Shown: piece by piece, positions 1 through 8,928 of the stretch | Layout: the number at the start of each line of letters is the position of its first letter | Numbering within the stretch: the stretch's first letter is position 1 | NCBI GenBank assembly: GCA_035390665.1 | Contig: DAOOUC010000001.1 | Location: 108,634 to 140,633 of the forward strand | Direction of reading: 5' to 3' | DNA length: 32,000 bases | Source: an archaeon | GTDB taxonomy: Archaea; Iainarchaeota; Iainarchaeia; Iainarchaeales; CSSED10-239 | The notes under the pieces: model-generated | What the model saw: only the letters and a program-made list of their open reading frames with translations | What the model was told of the DNA's origin: nothing | Database searches by the model: none | Program-made: the position numbers and the translations under genes

Positions 1-1
1 G

Positions 2-220
2 CCAATATTAGCAAAGAAGCATTGGGCATTAGGTTTTTTATTATTGATTCCAATAGTTAATATTGTTTTTTCAATAATCTGGTGCTGGGACATCTACAAG
101 AAAAGAAAGTTTTCAGGGGCATTAAGCCTAGTAAAAGCAGGCTATGTGGTAATTCCATTAATTCCCTTTGTTTTTATTGCGGATTTTATAATAATGGGAA
201 TCATTGCTTTTGAGAAGTAA
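2..220 (+). CDS. C-terminal fragment of a hypothetical membrane protein (gene runs off the left edge)
   Basis: Frame is open from the window edge to TAA at 218-220. Translation ...HWALGFLLLIPIVNIVFSIIWCWDIYKKRKFSGALSLVKAGYVVIPLIPFVFIADFIIMGIIAFEK gives hydrophobic helices split by a basic loop. No family recognised. Confidence 0.35.
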   Translation, partial: PILAKKHWALGFLLLIPIVNIVFSIIWCWDIYKKRKFSGALSLVKAGYVVIPLIPFVFIADFIIMGIIAFEK

Positions 221-623
221 TTTTTACAAGCCAAACAACCACAAACAGCATTAGAAACCAAGATATTATGTGAAGCTCTTGATGCAAGCCTATCTTTTCT
301 GATAGCATAACGATGATTATTCTTAACAGGTTTACTAAAAACAGCACAATTGTGCTTACTGCTATTGCTTTATTTGAAATCTTTTGTTTTATTGTCTTTA
401 AGGCAATAACAACCCCTAGATAAGCAGAGACTGAGACAATCCCCGAACAATAAACCACAAAGTCAAAGGCCTCATAATTCACATTGTTTCCAAGAAGCCA
501 AAAGATTAGTTTTTCTTCAAGACCAACTAAGAAGTTACCAAAAATAAAGACGCCGATAGCTAAAAATAAGAAATAGCTAATAAAGAAAACCAAAATAAAT
601 CTAATCTTCTCTTTTGTGTTCAT
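201..623 (-). CDS. short exosortase/archaeosortase-family membrane protein (candidate)
   Basis: 140 aa, all-helical membrane protein with an ATG start. It has the ordered Cys/Arg/His signature of the exosortase-archaeosortase core: VVYCSGIVS ... VNLLRIIIV ... LHQELH. Confidence 0.5.
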   Translation of the reverse strand: MNTKEKIRFILVFFISYFLFLAIGVFIFGNFLVGLEEKLIFWLLGNNVNYEAFDFVVYCSGIVSVSAYLGVVIALKTIKQKISNKAIAVSTIVLFLVNLLRIIIVMLSEKIGLHQELHIISWFLMLFVVVWLVKITSQKQ

Positions 624-661
624 CTATTATATTATAAATAAATGTCTTTAAAATAGTTAGT

Positions 662-1315
662 TTATATTAAACTAAAAACCAATAAAGATAGTCCACCAAT
701 AATTAATGTTGTTAAAAAATTAGTTTGACTATTATCAAGATATCCTTTGTTTTCAAATAGTGCTCCAATAAAACTATCTATAATTGTTCCAAGCATTCCA
801 AAGCTTGCAATTATTAATGAAATATTGAAGCTTACTTTAAAAATAAAATAAAATAATCCAAAACTAAAAGCTGAAACCATTAAAGCCCCAAATAACCCTA
901 AGATTGTTATTCCGCCATTTGTTCCAGGTTCTACTTCTTTAAAATTAGTTATAAGTCTTGGTTTTATTTTAGATAACCTTCCAATCTCTGAAGAAAGAGT
1001 ATCAGAAAATGCTGCTGCAATTGTTGAAGCAGAAGCATAAATTTGTCCAAAAACAACTAACACCGTTCCAATAAGACAATTGCCTAAAAGATTAATGTAG
1101 TTTCTTTTTTCTTTTTTATTTTTAAGAACAACAGTTATTCCTTCTGCAATACAGAAATAAGAAAGAAGATAAATAAACAACATTATTTTTCCAAAATATA
1201 AAAATACTCCGCTCATTCCAAATATTATAGAAATAGTAAATAGGTCGTATTTTCTAGTAATAAAAAGAATAATTCCTAAAATATAAAAAAAAAGAAGATA
1301 GTAAATAAAACTCAT
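662..1315 (-). CDS. DUF92 / TMEM19-family integral membrane protein
   Basis: 217 aa multi-pass membrane protein. Contains the central motif AAAFSDTLSSEIGRLS ... VEPGTNGGITILG typical of DUF92 (TIGR00297-like) proteins. Confidence 0.6.
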   Translation of the reverse strand: MSFIYYLLFFYILGIILFITRKYDLFTISIIFGMSGVFLYFGKIMLFIYLLSYFCIAEGITVVLKNKKEKRNYINLLGNCLIGTVLVVFGQIYASASTIAAAFSDTLSSEIGRLSKIKPRLITNFKEVEPGTNGGITILGLFGALMVSAFSFGLFYFIFKVSFNISLIIASFGMLGTIIDSFIGALFENKGYLDNSQTNFLTTLIIGGLSLLVFSLI

Positions 1316-1324
1316 ATTCTTTCC

Positions 1325-1894
1325 TTATACAACCGTTACTTTAACAACCATAACTTTGTTAACATAACCTAATTTTATAAGTTTTGCTTTACATCTTTCT
1401 GAAATGTGTTGAAATATTAAATCATTCCAGTTTTCTTTTGCTGTTTTTGCTGTAATCTCTTCAGTAAAGAAATCAACAATTGCTTTTCTTGCTTGTGTTC
1501 TTAAAGGTGTTGTGTATTTTGCACCAGTTATTGCAAGAATCTTTAATTTTAATTTGATTCCGTCTTTTGTTGTAACATAGAAAACTGGTTCAATCTTTGA
1601 CTTTTGTCTTCTTATAAGTCTTCTAAGTAGGCTTGTTTTTGCTTCGAATTTTGAAATAACTGTGTCAGCTTTAGCGCCTGTTATTTTATTTATTTTAAAA
1701 CTTACTTCAAAGCTTGAGTCTCTTATATTTCCTGTTAATTCATTTAATCCTTTCTTAACAACTCTTCCAATTAAGTTTTTAGGATTAATTGTGATTGTTT
1801 CTCCGATTTTCTTTTCATCAAAAGTAGTATCTGCAGAAACATCATACCATTTTTTCTTTTTCCATGTATCAACTGTACTTTTTTTATCTGCCAT
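1325..1894 (-). CDS. rps3ae: 30S ribosomal protein S3Ae (eS1)
   Basis: N-terminus DTWKKKKWYDV...KKIGETI...LIGRVV...LTG and ...LLRRLIRRQKSKIE match the archaeal S3Ae pattern. Size 189 aa. Confidence 0.9.
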   Translation of the reverse strand: MADKKSTVDTWKKKKWYDVSADTTFDEKKIGETITINPKNLIGRVVKKGLNELTGNIRDSSFEVSFKINKITGAKADTVISKFEAKTSLLRRLIRRQKSKIEPVFYVTTKDGIKLKLKILAITGAKYTTPLRTQARKAIVDFFTEEITAKTAKENWNDLIFQHISERCKAKLIKLGYVNKVMVVKVTVV

Positions 1895-1908
1895 AATTTA
1901 AACACCCA

Positions 1909-2313
1909 TCACTTTACAAGTAGCTTTGCTGAGTCATCTGAGTATCTCCAATCGCTACTGATTTTTTTTGCTTTAATATAATGTTTTCTAAGTCTTTTAA
2001 TTTTAGAAACAGTTTTTTGATATCCTCTTTTACCGCTTGTATCTTTTTTATTGTTTTCGTTATGTTTAATTAATTTAACACTTTTATTAATAAGATACAA
2101 TAATTCGTCAGGTAATTTATCGTTTTTTAGATTAAGTTCTTTTTGAACCTTTCCAATCTTTTTACCTGTTGCCTCAAGAACAGAGTTAACTCCATATTTT
2201 TTTTTTAAAGTTAATCCAATTTCTGTTGTTGTCTTACCTTTCTTTGTAAGATCTTCAATTACATCATATATTTCTTTTTTATCTAAAACCTTTTTTTCTG
2301 TTTTATCACTCAT
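1909..2313 (-). CDS. rps15: 30S ribosomal protein S15 (uS15, S15P/S13e type)
   Basis: 134 aa. Motifs LPDELLYLINKSVKLIKHNENNKKDTSGKRGYQKTVSKIKRLRKHY ... WRY match the archaeal S15/S13e C-terminal domain. Adjacent to rps3ae. Confidence 0.85.
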   Translation of the reverse strand: MSDKTEKKVLDKKEIYDVIEDLTKKGKTTTEIGLTLKKKYGVNSVLEATGKKIGKVQKELNLKNDKLPDELLYLINKSVKLIKHNENNKKDTSGKRGYQKTVSKIKRLRKHYIKAKKISSDWRYSDDSAKLLVK

Positions 2314-2460
2314 CGTTTAATCACTTTATTTTTATTAATATTAGTCAATTATTTATGTGGCGAATAAAATAATAACTAAAGAAGTTTTTTATACCAAAAA
2401 ATTGGTTAATAATATATATTATCTGTTTCGATTTATTTAAATACGTTTTTATTTTGGTTT

Positions 2461-3024
2461 TTAAAGATATCTTGCTCTTTTCTCTATAATCTCTATTTGG
2501 CTAAGGATCTTTGGTTCTTTTGTTTCTTTTTTATACCCGACTAAGATCTTTTCCCAGAATTTTTCTGTTTTTTTGCTTGCTTTTAAGGTTTTTTTAAAGA
2601 CAAGAAGGTCTGTTGCCTTGTCTTCAATCTTGTTTGAAAGATAACCAAGGCCAAAGTCAATAAAGTAAATCTTTTTAGTCTTTGTTGTTAGAATATTAAT
2701 AAGATTTAAGTCTCCATGTATTATTCCATTATTATGAAGTCTTGCAATTTCTTTTCCAATAGTTTCTAGATATTTTTCATGTTCTTTAGTATTTTCAATC
2801 TTTTCCATAATAATGGTGTTTTCTGTAACAGAGTAAACAACAGGAGTATTAAGACCTAAGCAACTTGCTTTTTTAAGAAGGGTTGCTTCTTGCTTGTTTC
2901 TTGTTTTAATTATTTTTTTATCAAGTACAGGGTCTCTATAGTCCTTAGATATCCTTTCTTTAATAATATTCTTGCCTTTAGAAAAGATTTTAGCTTCAGC
3001 ACCACTATTGATTTCTTTACTCAT
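2461..3024 (-). CDS. bud32: Bud32/PRPK-type Kae1-associated serine/threonine kinase (KEOPS subunit)
   Basis: GAEAKIF...IKERISKDYRDPVLDKKI...R...EATLL; IIHGDLNLINIL; YFIDFGLGY...EDKATDL. The ORF-track start at 3045 is TTG. The first ATG (MSKEINSGAEA) is at 3024 and overlaps the upstream gene's stop by 8 nt. Confidence 0.8.
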   Translation of the reverse strand: MSKEINSGAEAKIFSKGKNIIKERISKDYRDPVLDKKIIKTRNKQEATLLKKASCLGLNTPVVYSVTENTIIMEKIENTKEHEKYLETIGKEIARLHNNGIIHGDLNLINILTTKTKKIYFIDFGLGYLSNKIEDKATDLLVFKKTLKASKKTEKFWEKILVGYKKETKEPKILSQIEIIEKRARYL

Positions 3025-3526
3025 CAAAACACATCTCAAGTTCAAGTGCTTTTTCTTTTAGGCCTTCTATGTCGTAATTAGTTAGTGCATCAATATAACT
3101 ATTCCAATAGATTTTATTAAGTTTCTTAGAATAAGTATTATTAAATTTTTCAAGAAGCAATTCTTTATTTTGAATTTGCATTTCAATTCTTGCAACTGTG
3201 CTTCTTGTAATACACCTTGTTTCAAGTTGAGAGTACTCTAAATGTCTATTAATCTTTTTAGCTTCAAGCATTAAATCAAGATATTCTGTAATTGGTCTTG
3301 TGTATTTGTCTTGATTTAGTTCTTCTAATTTTATTTTATATTCTATGTAATTTTCAGGAACAAGATAATTAGAAGTTATAAGATATTCTTCATTAATTTT
3401 AGATATTTTATTTATTTGAAAATTAGCAATAAAACCAATAAACAAGAAGATAATAAGTGCAGTTATAGCTAAAATAACCAAATGTCCCAATATTGTTGTT
3501 GGTTTTCTTTTGGATGCTAATGACAT
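3017..3526 (-). CDS. hypothetical N-terminally membrane-anchored protein
   Basis: 169 aa with an ATG start. One N-terminal TM helix (ILGHLVILAITALIIFLFIGFIA) followed by a charged helical region. Overlap-coupled between valS and bud32. No family recognised. Confidence 0.5.
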   Translation of the reverse strand: MSLASKRKPTTILGHLVILAITALIIFLFIGFIANFQINKISKINEEYLITSNYLVPENYIEYKIKLEELNQDKYTRPITEYLDLMLEAKKINRHLEYSQLETRCITRSTVARIEMQIQNKELLLEKFNNTYSKKLNKIYWNSYIDALTNYDIEGLKEKALELEMCFDE

Positions 3527-5889
3527 ATTATTTCACTTGTATTTGTGTATTCTATATTATATATATTATGTGTCTTTTTTATATCTTTTTCTATTTTCTC
3601 AAATTTCTTATTTATCTGAATTTTCTCTATTTTGTCCTTTAAAGATAGATTATTTTCTTTCTTGTATTTCCAAATTGTATTGTTAAGGTTTTCAATATCT
3701 TCTAAATTCAAAATGCTTTCGTATTTTTCTGTAGTTGGGTATTTTTCAAGATTTATGTCTTTATTATAAAGTTCTTTAGATATAATTGAAGTTGTAAATG
3801 GAGTTATTGGATATAATAAAACCAAAAACCTTTCTAAACAATAATTAAGAGTATCAATTGCTCCGTTCTGTTCTTCTTTTGAAAATTCTCCTTCTTGATT
3901 ATATGCTCTGCTTTTTACAAGCTCTAAGTAGTTTGAAGAAAAAGTTGTCCATAAGAAGTATTTAAGTTTTACAATAGGGTTATGAAAGTCATATGCCTTA
4001 TATTGTTCATCACAATAATCAATAATTTCATTTATTTCTTTTCTTAAAAGTTTATCAAGTTCAGTATATTCTGCGTTTATTCCTTCATTTCTTTTAAATT
4101 GAGAAATAAACTTAGATGCATTCCAAAGTTTGTTTAGGGTTTTTTGTTCTGAAGATATTCTGTCTTTAGAGCACTTCAAGTCCTTTTCATTTAGATTTCC
4201 TTCATCAGCAACCCAAAGTCTTAAAGATTCTGCACCGTAATCTCTTAATATCTCTTGAGGATCTACAACATTCCCAAGAGATTTAGCCATCTTGTTTCCT
4301 TTGTCGTCTAGAATATGCTGATGTATATAAACATCATCAAAAATTATATTTCCTGTAAACAAGTAACACTTAAGAAGAGTGTAATACAACCAAGTTCTTA
4401 CAATTTCTTTTCCTTGTGGTCTTAGAGTACAAACAGGGTGTTTATTGTAAAATTCAGTTCCATAGTTTAAAACAAACAAAGGAGATATGGATGAATCAAA
4501 CCAAGTATCAAAAACTCTTTGTTCTCCTTCTATCTCTTGACTGCCACATTTTGGACAGCTATTAACTGGTGCTTTTTCACACCAAGGTTTTTGATATTTT
4601 CCAGAGGTTCCTAATATTGCTTCTCCGCAAGTTTTACAATACCAGATAGGAATTTCAGTTGCATAATATCTTCTTCTAGATATTGGCCAATCAATAGAAA
4701 CAACATCTAACCAGTCAAGAAGTATTTTTTTAGTTGCAGGGTTTGTAAAGTTTACTTTTTCAGCAATTTTTCTCATTTCTTCAATATAGTCTAATTGTTT
4801 AAGATAATATTCCTTTAAAGAAATAAATTCAATTTCGTCTTTTGATCTCTCACAGATTGGAACTTTGTGTTGTATTGTTTTTTCTTCAGTAACAAGATTG
4901 TTTGCTTTTAGTTCTTCAATCATTTTTTGTCTTGCTTCTTTTACTTTTAGGCCTTCTAAAAATCCTGCATTGTTATTCATTTTTCCAGTAATATCAATTG
5001 ACATTATTGGTTTAATTCCTTGTTCCATGAAAAATCTAATATCTGAATAATCTCCTGCAGAACACATCATGACTAGCCCAGTTCCCTTATCAACTTTTGC
5101 TTGAGGATGAGATTTGATTGGAACTTCTCTATTAAACAAAGGAGAAATTGCAGTTTTTCCTTCAAGCTTTTGCCAACGTTCATCTTCTGGATTAAATATA
5201 ACCATTCCAAGAGAGCAAACAAGTTCTGGTCTTGTTGTTGCGATTGGTATTTTTTCTCCTGTTTCTTTAACACTAAAAAGTATTGTATAAAATTTAGAAT
5301 CAACAATTGCATAATCTATCTCAGAATCAGCAAGAGTAGTTTTACAACCAGGGCAATAGTTTGTTACTTTTTCATCAAGGTAGATAAGCCCTTTGTTGTA
5401 AAGTTCAATAAATGTAGTTTGAGTGAGTGCTCTGTATTTGTCTGAATCCGTTTTATATAAAGAACCAATTTTTCCATTTTCGTCATAGGTATTAAAAGAA
5501 ATTCCAAGTTCTTTAAAGGTTTTGCTTGTTTGGTTGGAGGTTTCTTCAAGAAGTTGTTTACAATAGTTTACATATTCAACTCTTGGAGTATTAAGAATAG
5601 ACATTTTAAATTTCTTTTCTGCAGCCATTTCAATAGGAAGTCCATTTCTATCAAGTCCATAAGGAAATAATACATTAAATCCTTTTTGTCTTTTGTATCT
5701 AGAAATAAAATCCATTATTGCATAGGTTGAAGCATGCCCCATATGTACTGGACTATTGATGTATGGTGGTGGCGTGTCTATACTATATACTGGAGAATTA
5801 TCTTTTTCTTTAAATTCAAATATTTTAGAATCTATTTCTTTTTGAATAATTTCTTTTTCAAGTTCCTTGTTCCATTTTTCTAATGCCAT
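3517..5889 (-). CDS. valS: valyl-tRNA synthetase (class I aaRS)
   Basis: 790 aa. SIDTPPPYINSPVHMGHA (HIGH-type motif in archaeal ValRS context), GLDRNGLPIE, and the KMSKS-type loop GNKMAKSLGN. A Cys-rich insertion (CPGC ... CKTC ... CPKC) is typical of the editing/zinc regions. Confidence 0.8.
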   Translation of the reverse strand: MALEKWNKELEKEIIQKEIDSKIFEFKEKDNSPVYSIDTPPPYINSPVHMGHASTYAIMDFISRYKRQKGFNVLFPYGLDRNGLPIEMAAEKKFKMSILNTPRVEYVNYCKQLLEETSNQTSKTFKELGISFNTYDENGKIGSLYKTDSDKYRALTQTTFIELYNKGLIYLDEKVTNYCPGCKTTLADSEIDYAIVDSKFYTILFSVKETGEKIPIATTRPELVCSLGMVIFNPEDERWQKLEGKTAISPLFNREVPIKSHPQAKVDKGTGLVMMCSAGDYSDIRFFMEQGIKPIMSIDITGKMNNNAGFLEGLKVKEARQKMIEELKANNLVTEEKTIQHKVPICERSKDEIEFISLKEYYLKQLDYIEEMRKIAEKVNFTNPATKKILLDWLDVVSIDWPISRRRYYATEIPIWYCKTCGEAILGTSGKYQKPWCEKAPVNSCPKCGSQEIEGEQRVFDTWFDSSISPLFVLNYGTEFYNKHPVCTLRPQGKEIVRTWLYYTLLKCYLFTGNIIFDDVYIHQHILDDKGNKMAKSLGNVVDPQEILRDYGAESLRLWVADEGNLNEKDLKCSKDRISSEQKTLNKLWNASKFISQFKRNEGINAEYTELDKLLRKEINEIIDYCDEQYKAYDFHNPIVKLKYFLWTTFSSNYLELVKSRAYNQEGEFSKEEQNGAIDTLNYCLERFLVLLYPITPFTTSIISKELYNKDINLEKYPTTEKYESILNLEDIENLNNTIWKYKKENNLSLKDKIEKIQINKKFEKIEKDIKKTHNIYNIEYTNTSEIICH

Positions 5890-5953
5890 TTATGATTACC
5901 TTGTTAAATATAATATATATTTATGAAAATTAATAATTAAAAATAGAATTGTT

Positions 5954-6607
5954 TTAGATTTTATTAATTTGTTTAATGTATTTAATAAGTATTTTGTTTG
6001 CCTTTATTTCATTGTCGTGAGCATTAATTTGTTCAATGATCTTTTCAACTTTTGCTTGAGCATTTTCGGATTTAAACTGTTGTTTCTTTTTGTTATGGTC
6101 TCCTATGTTGTTATCTTTGTAAATTATTGATTTATTAACAGTGTCTGATAGTTTCTTTCTGTAATCATAGTCTACTAAAAAAGTATCTAGTAAAGTTTCA
6201 TAAGCAGGATCCATTAATACCTCGTCTGTTAGTTTAGTGCTAATAACATCTTCCTTATATTCAGGATTAATCATTTGTTTGATTTTATGTTGCCAGAATT
6301 TCTTCTTAAAAATCATTGTTGCTTTTACTTTCTTGTAGTAATTTTCTGCTTGACTTTTTTCTTTTTCCCAAAAGTTTTTTAGTTTCTTTAGTTTAGAATT
6401 TGTGGCCTCAAGATCATCAATTTTTAATTGTAAATCTGAAATTTTAGGATGAATTATTCTTTTATTTTCAATAATTATAAATTTTCTTTTAAAAAATAGG
6501 TCCAAATAAGGCTTATCATTTGTTTTTTCTAGTCTAAACTCTTGCAAGAATGCTTCGTAGTTGTTTATTGTTTTGGATAATGGCATATTTAAACACATTA
6601 AGCCCAT
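5954..6607 (-). CDS. hypothetical Lys-rich coiled-coil protein
   Basis: Long ORF. The track start at 6637 is TTG; the first ATG is at 6607, with alternatives at 6598 and 6586 (MPLSKTINN). No recognisable motifs. Lies directly downstream of hicA on the same strand. Confidence 0.45.
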   Translation of the reverse strand: MGLMCLNMPLSKTINNYEAFLQEFRLEKTNDKPYLDLFFKRKFIIIENKRIIHPKISDLQLKIDDLEATNSKLKKLKNFWEKEKSQAENYYKKVKATMIFKKKFWQHKIKQMINPEYKEDVISTKLTDEVLMDPAYETLLDTFLVDYDYRKKLSDTVNKSIIYKDNNIGDHNKKKQQFKSENAQAKVEKIIEQINAHDNEIKANKILIKYIKQINKI

Positions 6608-6670
6608 TGTATTTAGATAAAATTTTAGTAAACACAATATAAAAAAGTAAAGCTAAATGTTTTTAAAGCT

Positions 6671-6886
6671 TTATAATCTTTCAAATTCGTCTTTAGAAAT
6701 GTTTAAGGTCTTTAAAATCTGATGTATTGTTCCAATTTTTAAAATTTTGTGATTAGGAATAACAAGTATTTTATTTTCCTGATTTTTAAAAATAAGGTGG
6801 CTCCCTTTTTGTCTAATTAATTTATATCCTTGTTTTTCAATAATTTCACAAACGTACTTTGAAGAAGTGTTTTGTAATTTAGACAT
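6671..6886 (-). CDS. hicA: HicA-family mRNA-interferase toxin
   Basis: About 71 aa. IEKQGYKLIRQKGSHLIFKN...ILVIPNH..LKIGTIHQILKTLNIS is the YcfA/HicA fold signature with the catalytic GSH. The track start at 6892 is GTG; the ATG at 6886 overlaps the hicB stop by 8 nt. Confidence 0.75.
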   Translation of the reverse strand: MSKLQNTSSKYVCEIIEKQGYKLIRQKGSHLIFKNQENKILVIPNHKILKIGTIHQILKTLNISKDEFERL

Positions 6887-7112
6887 TAACACTCACTTGC
6901 ATTTGTTTAATAGAAATCGAAGACACAAGATTTTTTAATTTGGTTTTATTTATTTCTTCAGTGTATATCTCTATTGCTTCTTTAATATTTTTTAGAGTAT
7001 CTTTCTCTGTTTCTCCTTCAGAAATACAACCAGGAAGAGAAGGCACATATGCAGTATATCCCCCTTCTTCTTGCTTTTCTAAAATTATATCAAATTTCAT
7101 AGTCTTTTTCAT
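6879..7112 (-). CDS. hicB: HicB-family antitoxin (UPF0150 type, no obvious DNA-binding extension)
   Basis: MKFDIILEKQEEGGYTAYVPSLPGCISEGETEKDTLKNIKEAIEIY is the HicB N-terminal domain signature. The ORF extends to an ATG at 7211, but the extra 33 aa look non-homologous. Internal starts at 7112 or 7100 are more likely; the start is uncertain. Confidence 0.7.
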   Translation of the reverse strand: MKKTMKFDIILEKQEEGGYTAYVPSLPGCISEGETEKDTLKNIKEAIEIYTEEINKTKLKNLVSSISIKQMQVSVNV

Positions 7113-7250
7113 ATATATTACTGATTTAATATATTTAAATATAGCTGGTTTTGTTTTTTGGAATTGTGAGAATTTTTCAAATAATTTTTTGATAATTACA
7201 AAAATTTCCATTTATAATTATTTCTTATCTTAATATATATGTGATAATTT

Positions 7251-7571
7251 ATGTTTGGCGGAATAGATCCTAGAAGAATGCAATCAATGATGAAACAAAT
7301 GGGTATTGAAAATACAGAAATACCTGCAAAAAGAGTAATCATTGAAACTGATTCTAAAAGAATAATTATTGAAAACCCAAATGTTACTCAAGTTTCTATG
7401 CAAGGACAAAAGACTTTTCAAATAATGGGCGAAGTAAGAGAAGAAACAGGCATTCCAGAAGAAGATATTCAAATGGTAATAGATGCAACAAAAAAATCAA
7501 AAGAAGAAGCAAGAAAAGCATTAGAAAAAGAAAATGGAGATATAGCAAAAGCAATTGAATCTCTTCAATAG
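7251..7571 (+). CDS. nac: nascent polypeptide-associated complex protein (archaeal NAC alpha, NAC + UBA domains)
   Basis: MFGGIDPRRMQSMMKQMGI...IIENPNVTQVSMQGQKTFQIMG, followed by a C-terminal UBA-like segment EEDIQMVIDATKKSKEEARKALEKENGDIAKAIESL. Confidence 0.85.
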   Translation: MFGGIDPRRMQSMMKQMGIENTEIPAKRVIIETDSKRIIIENPNVTQVSMQGQKTFQIMGEVREETGIPEEDIQMVIDATKKSKEEARKALEKENGDIAKAIESLQ

Positions 7572-7573
7572 TT

Positions 7574-8848
7574 TTATTTGCTTAAACTTAAATACAATAA
7601 ATTATCTCTTTGATAATATCCTTGTAAATTTAATTCTATTTCTGTTTTATTTAAATCCTCTGGATAATCTAAAAGTACATCTGTTGTTGGTTCTTTATAG
7701 TTGTATTTCTTTCCAGAAATTATAACTTCAGTTGTATCAACAGAAGCAAGAACAGTAAATTTTAATTCTTGGTTGTTTAATTTATTTTTTAATTCAGAAG
7801 CATTTATATCAGAATAATCAAATTCAATATAAGCAGTAACTTCTGGTTCTTGTAGTATTTCTGTATTGGTAATTTCTAAAGCAGAAATTAATTTTGTTTT
7901 TGTCTCCAAGTATTTTTCAAAAGTGATATTATTATCAAAATTAATTGTAGTTATATTTTCATCAACTAAATAATCAACAAAGCCCTTTTCTTCTTTTAAT
8001 ATATTTAATTTACTCTCAATTTCGGTTTTGTTTTTATCAGCAGTATTAATTTGTAATTGTTTAGTAATCTGGTATTCAAAAGAAGTATTTTCGTAGCTTT
8101 CTTTAACTTTATTTTCAATTTCTGTTTTATTTAACTTATCTAAAGAATAATTTATTTGACTATAGATTTTATCTTTAAATTCTGTGATTTTAAAGTTTTC
8201 ATAGCCAATAAGCATTTGGAATTGGTTGCTATTATTTATTTGTTCAATTCCTCTTGATTGTATAAGTTCTGTTCCTCTAAATGTTGCATATGCTGCAACT
8301 GAAAGATTGTCTCCTTTTAATGTTTCCATTCCAAGAATCCCTTCCATATTTTGTACAATAAATTCATATTCTATTTCTTGGTTTTGATCGTTTGTAAATT
8401 TTACTTTTTCAGGTATTTCTAATAATCCAAATTGATAAAATTCAGGTGTTTCAAAAATATTTAGATTTTTTATGCTATCAATTATTTCTTGTTTTTTTTC
8501 AGGAACAACACTTAAAGTTATTATAAGATTAATGTTTCCATCTGCATCTGGCCTAAATTCTATTTGTTTGTTTTTTATTCCAGAGACATCAAGTAGTTTT
8601 GTGTTTATTGAGGTTTCTTCAAAATCTAAAGGTCTTCCCGCAGCAATAATTTGAGGGAATAGTTCTCCAACATTAGCATCAATTGTAGCAGTATAACTTA
8701 CAAGTTCTAAATTTTGATTAGTATCTATTGGAGTATAGTCCTCTCCAGGCGTGCTTGTATTGTCGCTAAATGTAATCATAGCAAATAAAGAGCCCACAAA
8801 AAGTATTACAATTAATAAAGAAAATATTGTTTTTTTATCCATTTTCAT
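7574..8848 (-). CDS. hypothetical N-terminally anchored extracellular protein
   Basis: 424 aa with an ATG start. Signal/anchor helix KKTIFSLLIVILFVGSLFAMITF, then a long Asn/Glu/Ile-rich region with many N-x-S/T sequons. The motif NKTEIE occurs three times. No family recognised. Confidence 0.55.
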   Translation of the reverse strand: MKMDKKTIFSLLIVILFVGSLFAMITFSDNTSTPGEDYTPIDTNQNLELVSYTATIDANVGELFPQIIAAGRPLDFEETSINTKLLDVSGIKNKQIEFRPDADGNINLIITLSVVPEKKQEIIDSIKNLNIFETPEFYQFGLLEIPEKVKFTNDQNQEIEYEFIVQNMEGILGMETLKGDNLSVAAYATFRGTELIQSRGIEQINNSNQFQMLIGYENFKITEFKDKIYSQINYSLDKLNKTEIENKVKESYENTSFEYQITKQLQINTADKNKTEIESKLNILKEEKGFVDYLVDENITTINFDNNITFEKYLETKTKLISALEITNTEILQEPEVTAYIEFDYSDINASELKNKLNNQELKFTVLASVDTTEVIISGKKYNYKEPTTDVLLDYPEDLNKTEIELNLQGYYQRDNLLYLSLSK

Positions 8849-8928
8849 AAATCGTTCACATTAAAATTTTATTTGATAATAATAATATATTATAGAAACT
8901 AAATATATTTAAACTAAATTGATTAAAG

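Noticed and set aside
1662-1901. ORF-track entries lying antisense to, or out of frame within, long confident genes. These are 1662-1901, 2890-3081, 4865-5050, 5073-5312, 5101-5445, 5364-5549, 6940-7233, 7284-7472, 8472-8654, 9528-9710, 10333-10527, 15912-16100, 17055-17252, 18246-18473, 18811-18996, 23837-24058, 25333-25572, 27809-28018 and 28418-28678.
   Set aside because: All are fully nested in genes with strong family motifs. Their translations are low-complexity Phe/Leu/Ile/Lys strings typical of shadow frames in AT-rich DNA, and none has a ribosome-binding site or recognisable motif.
2461-3045. N-terminal extensions in the ORF track (e.g. 3045, 6637, 6892, 13829, 16175, 22445, 23824, 29308, 30322, 31110, 31249) shown as starting with M
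   Set aside because: Reading the DNA shows these begin with TTG or GTG. In each case an ATG a few codons downstream gives the conserved protein N-terminus or a classic 4-8 nt overlap or abutment with the upstream gene, so the shorter models were preferred.
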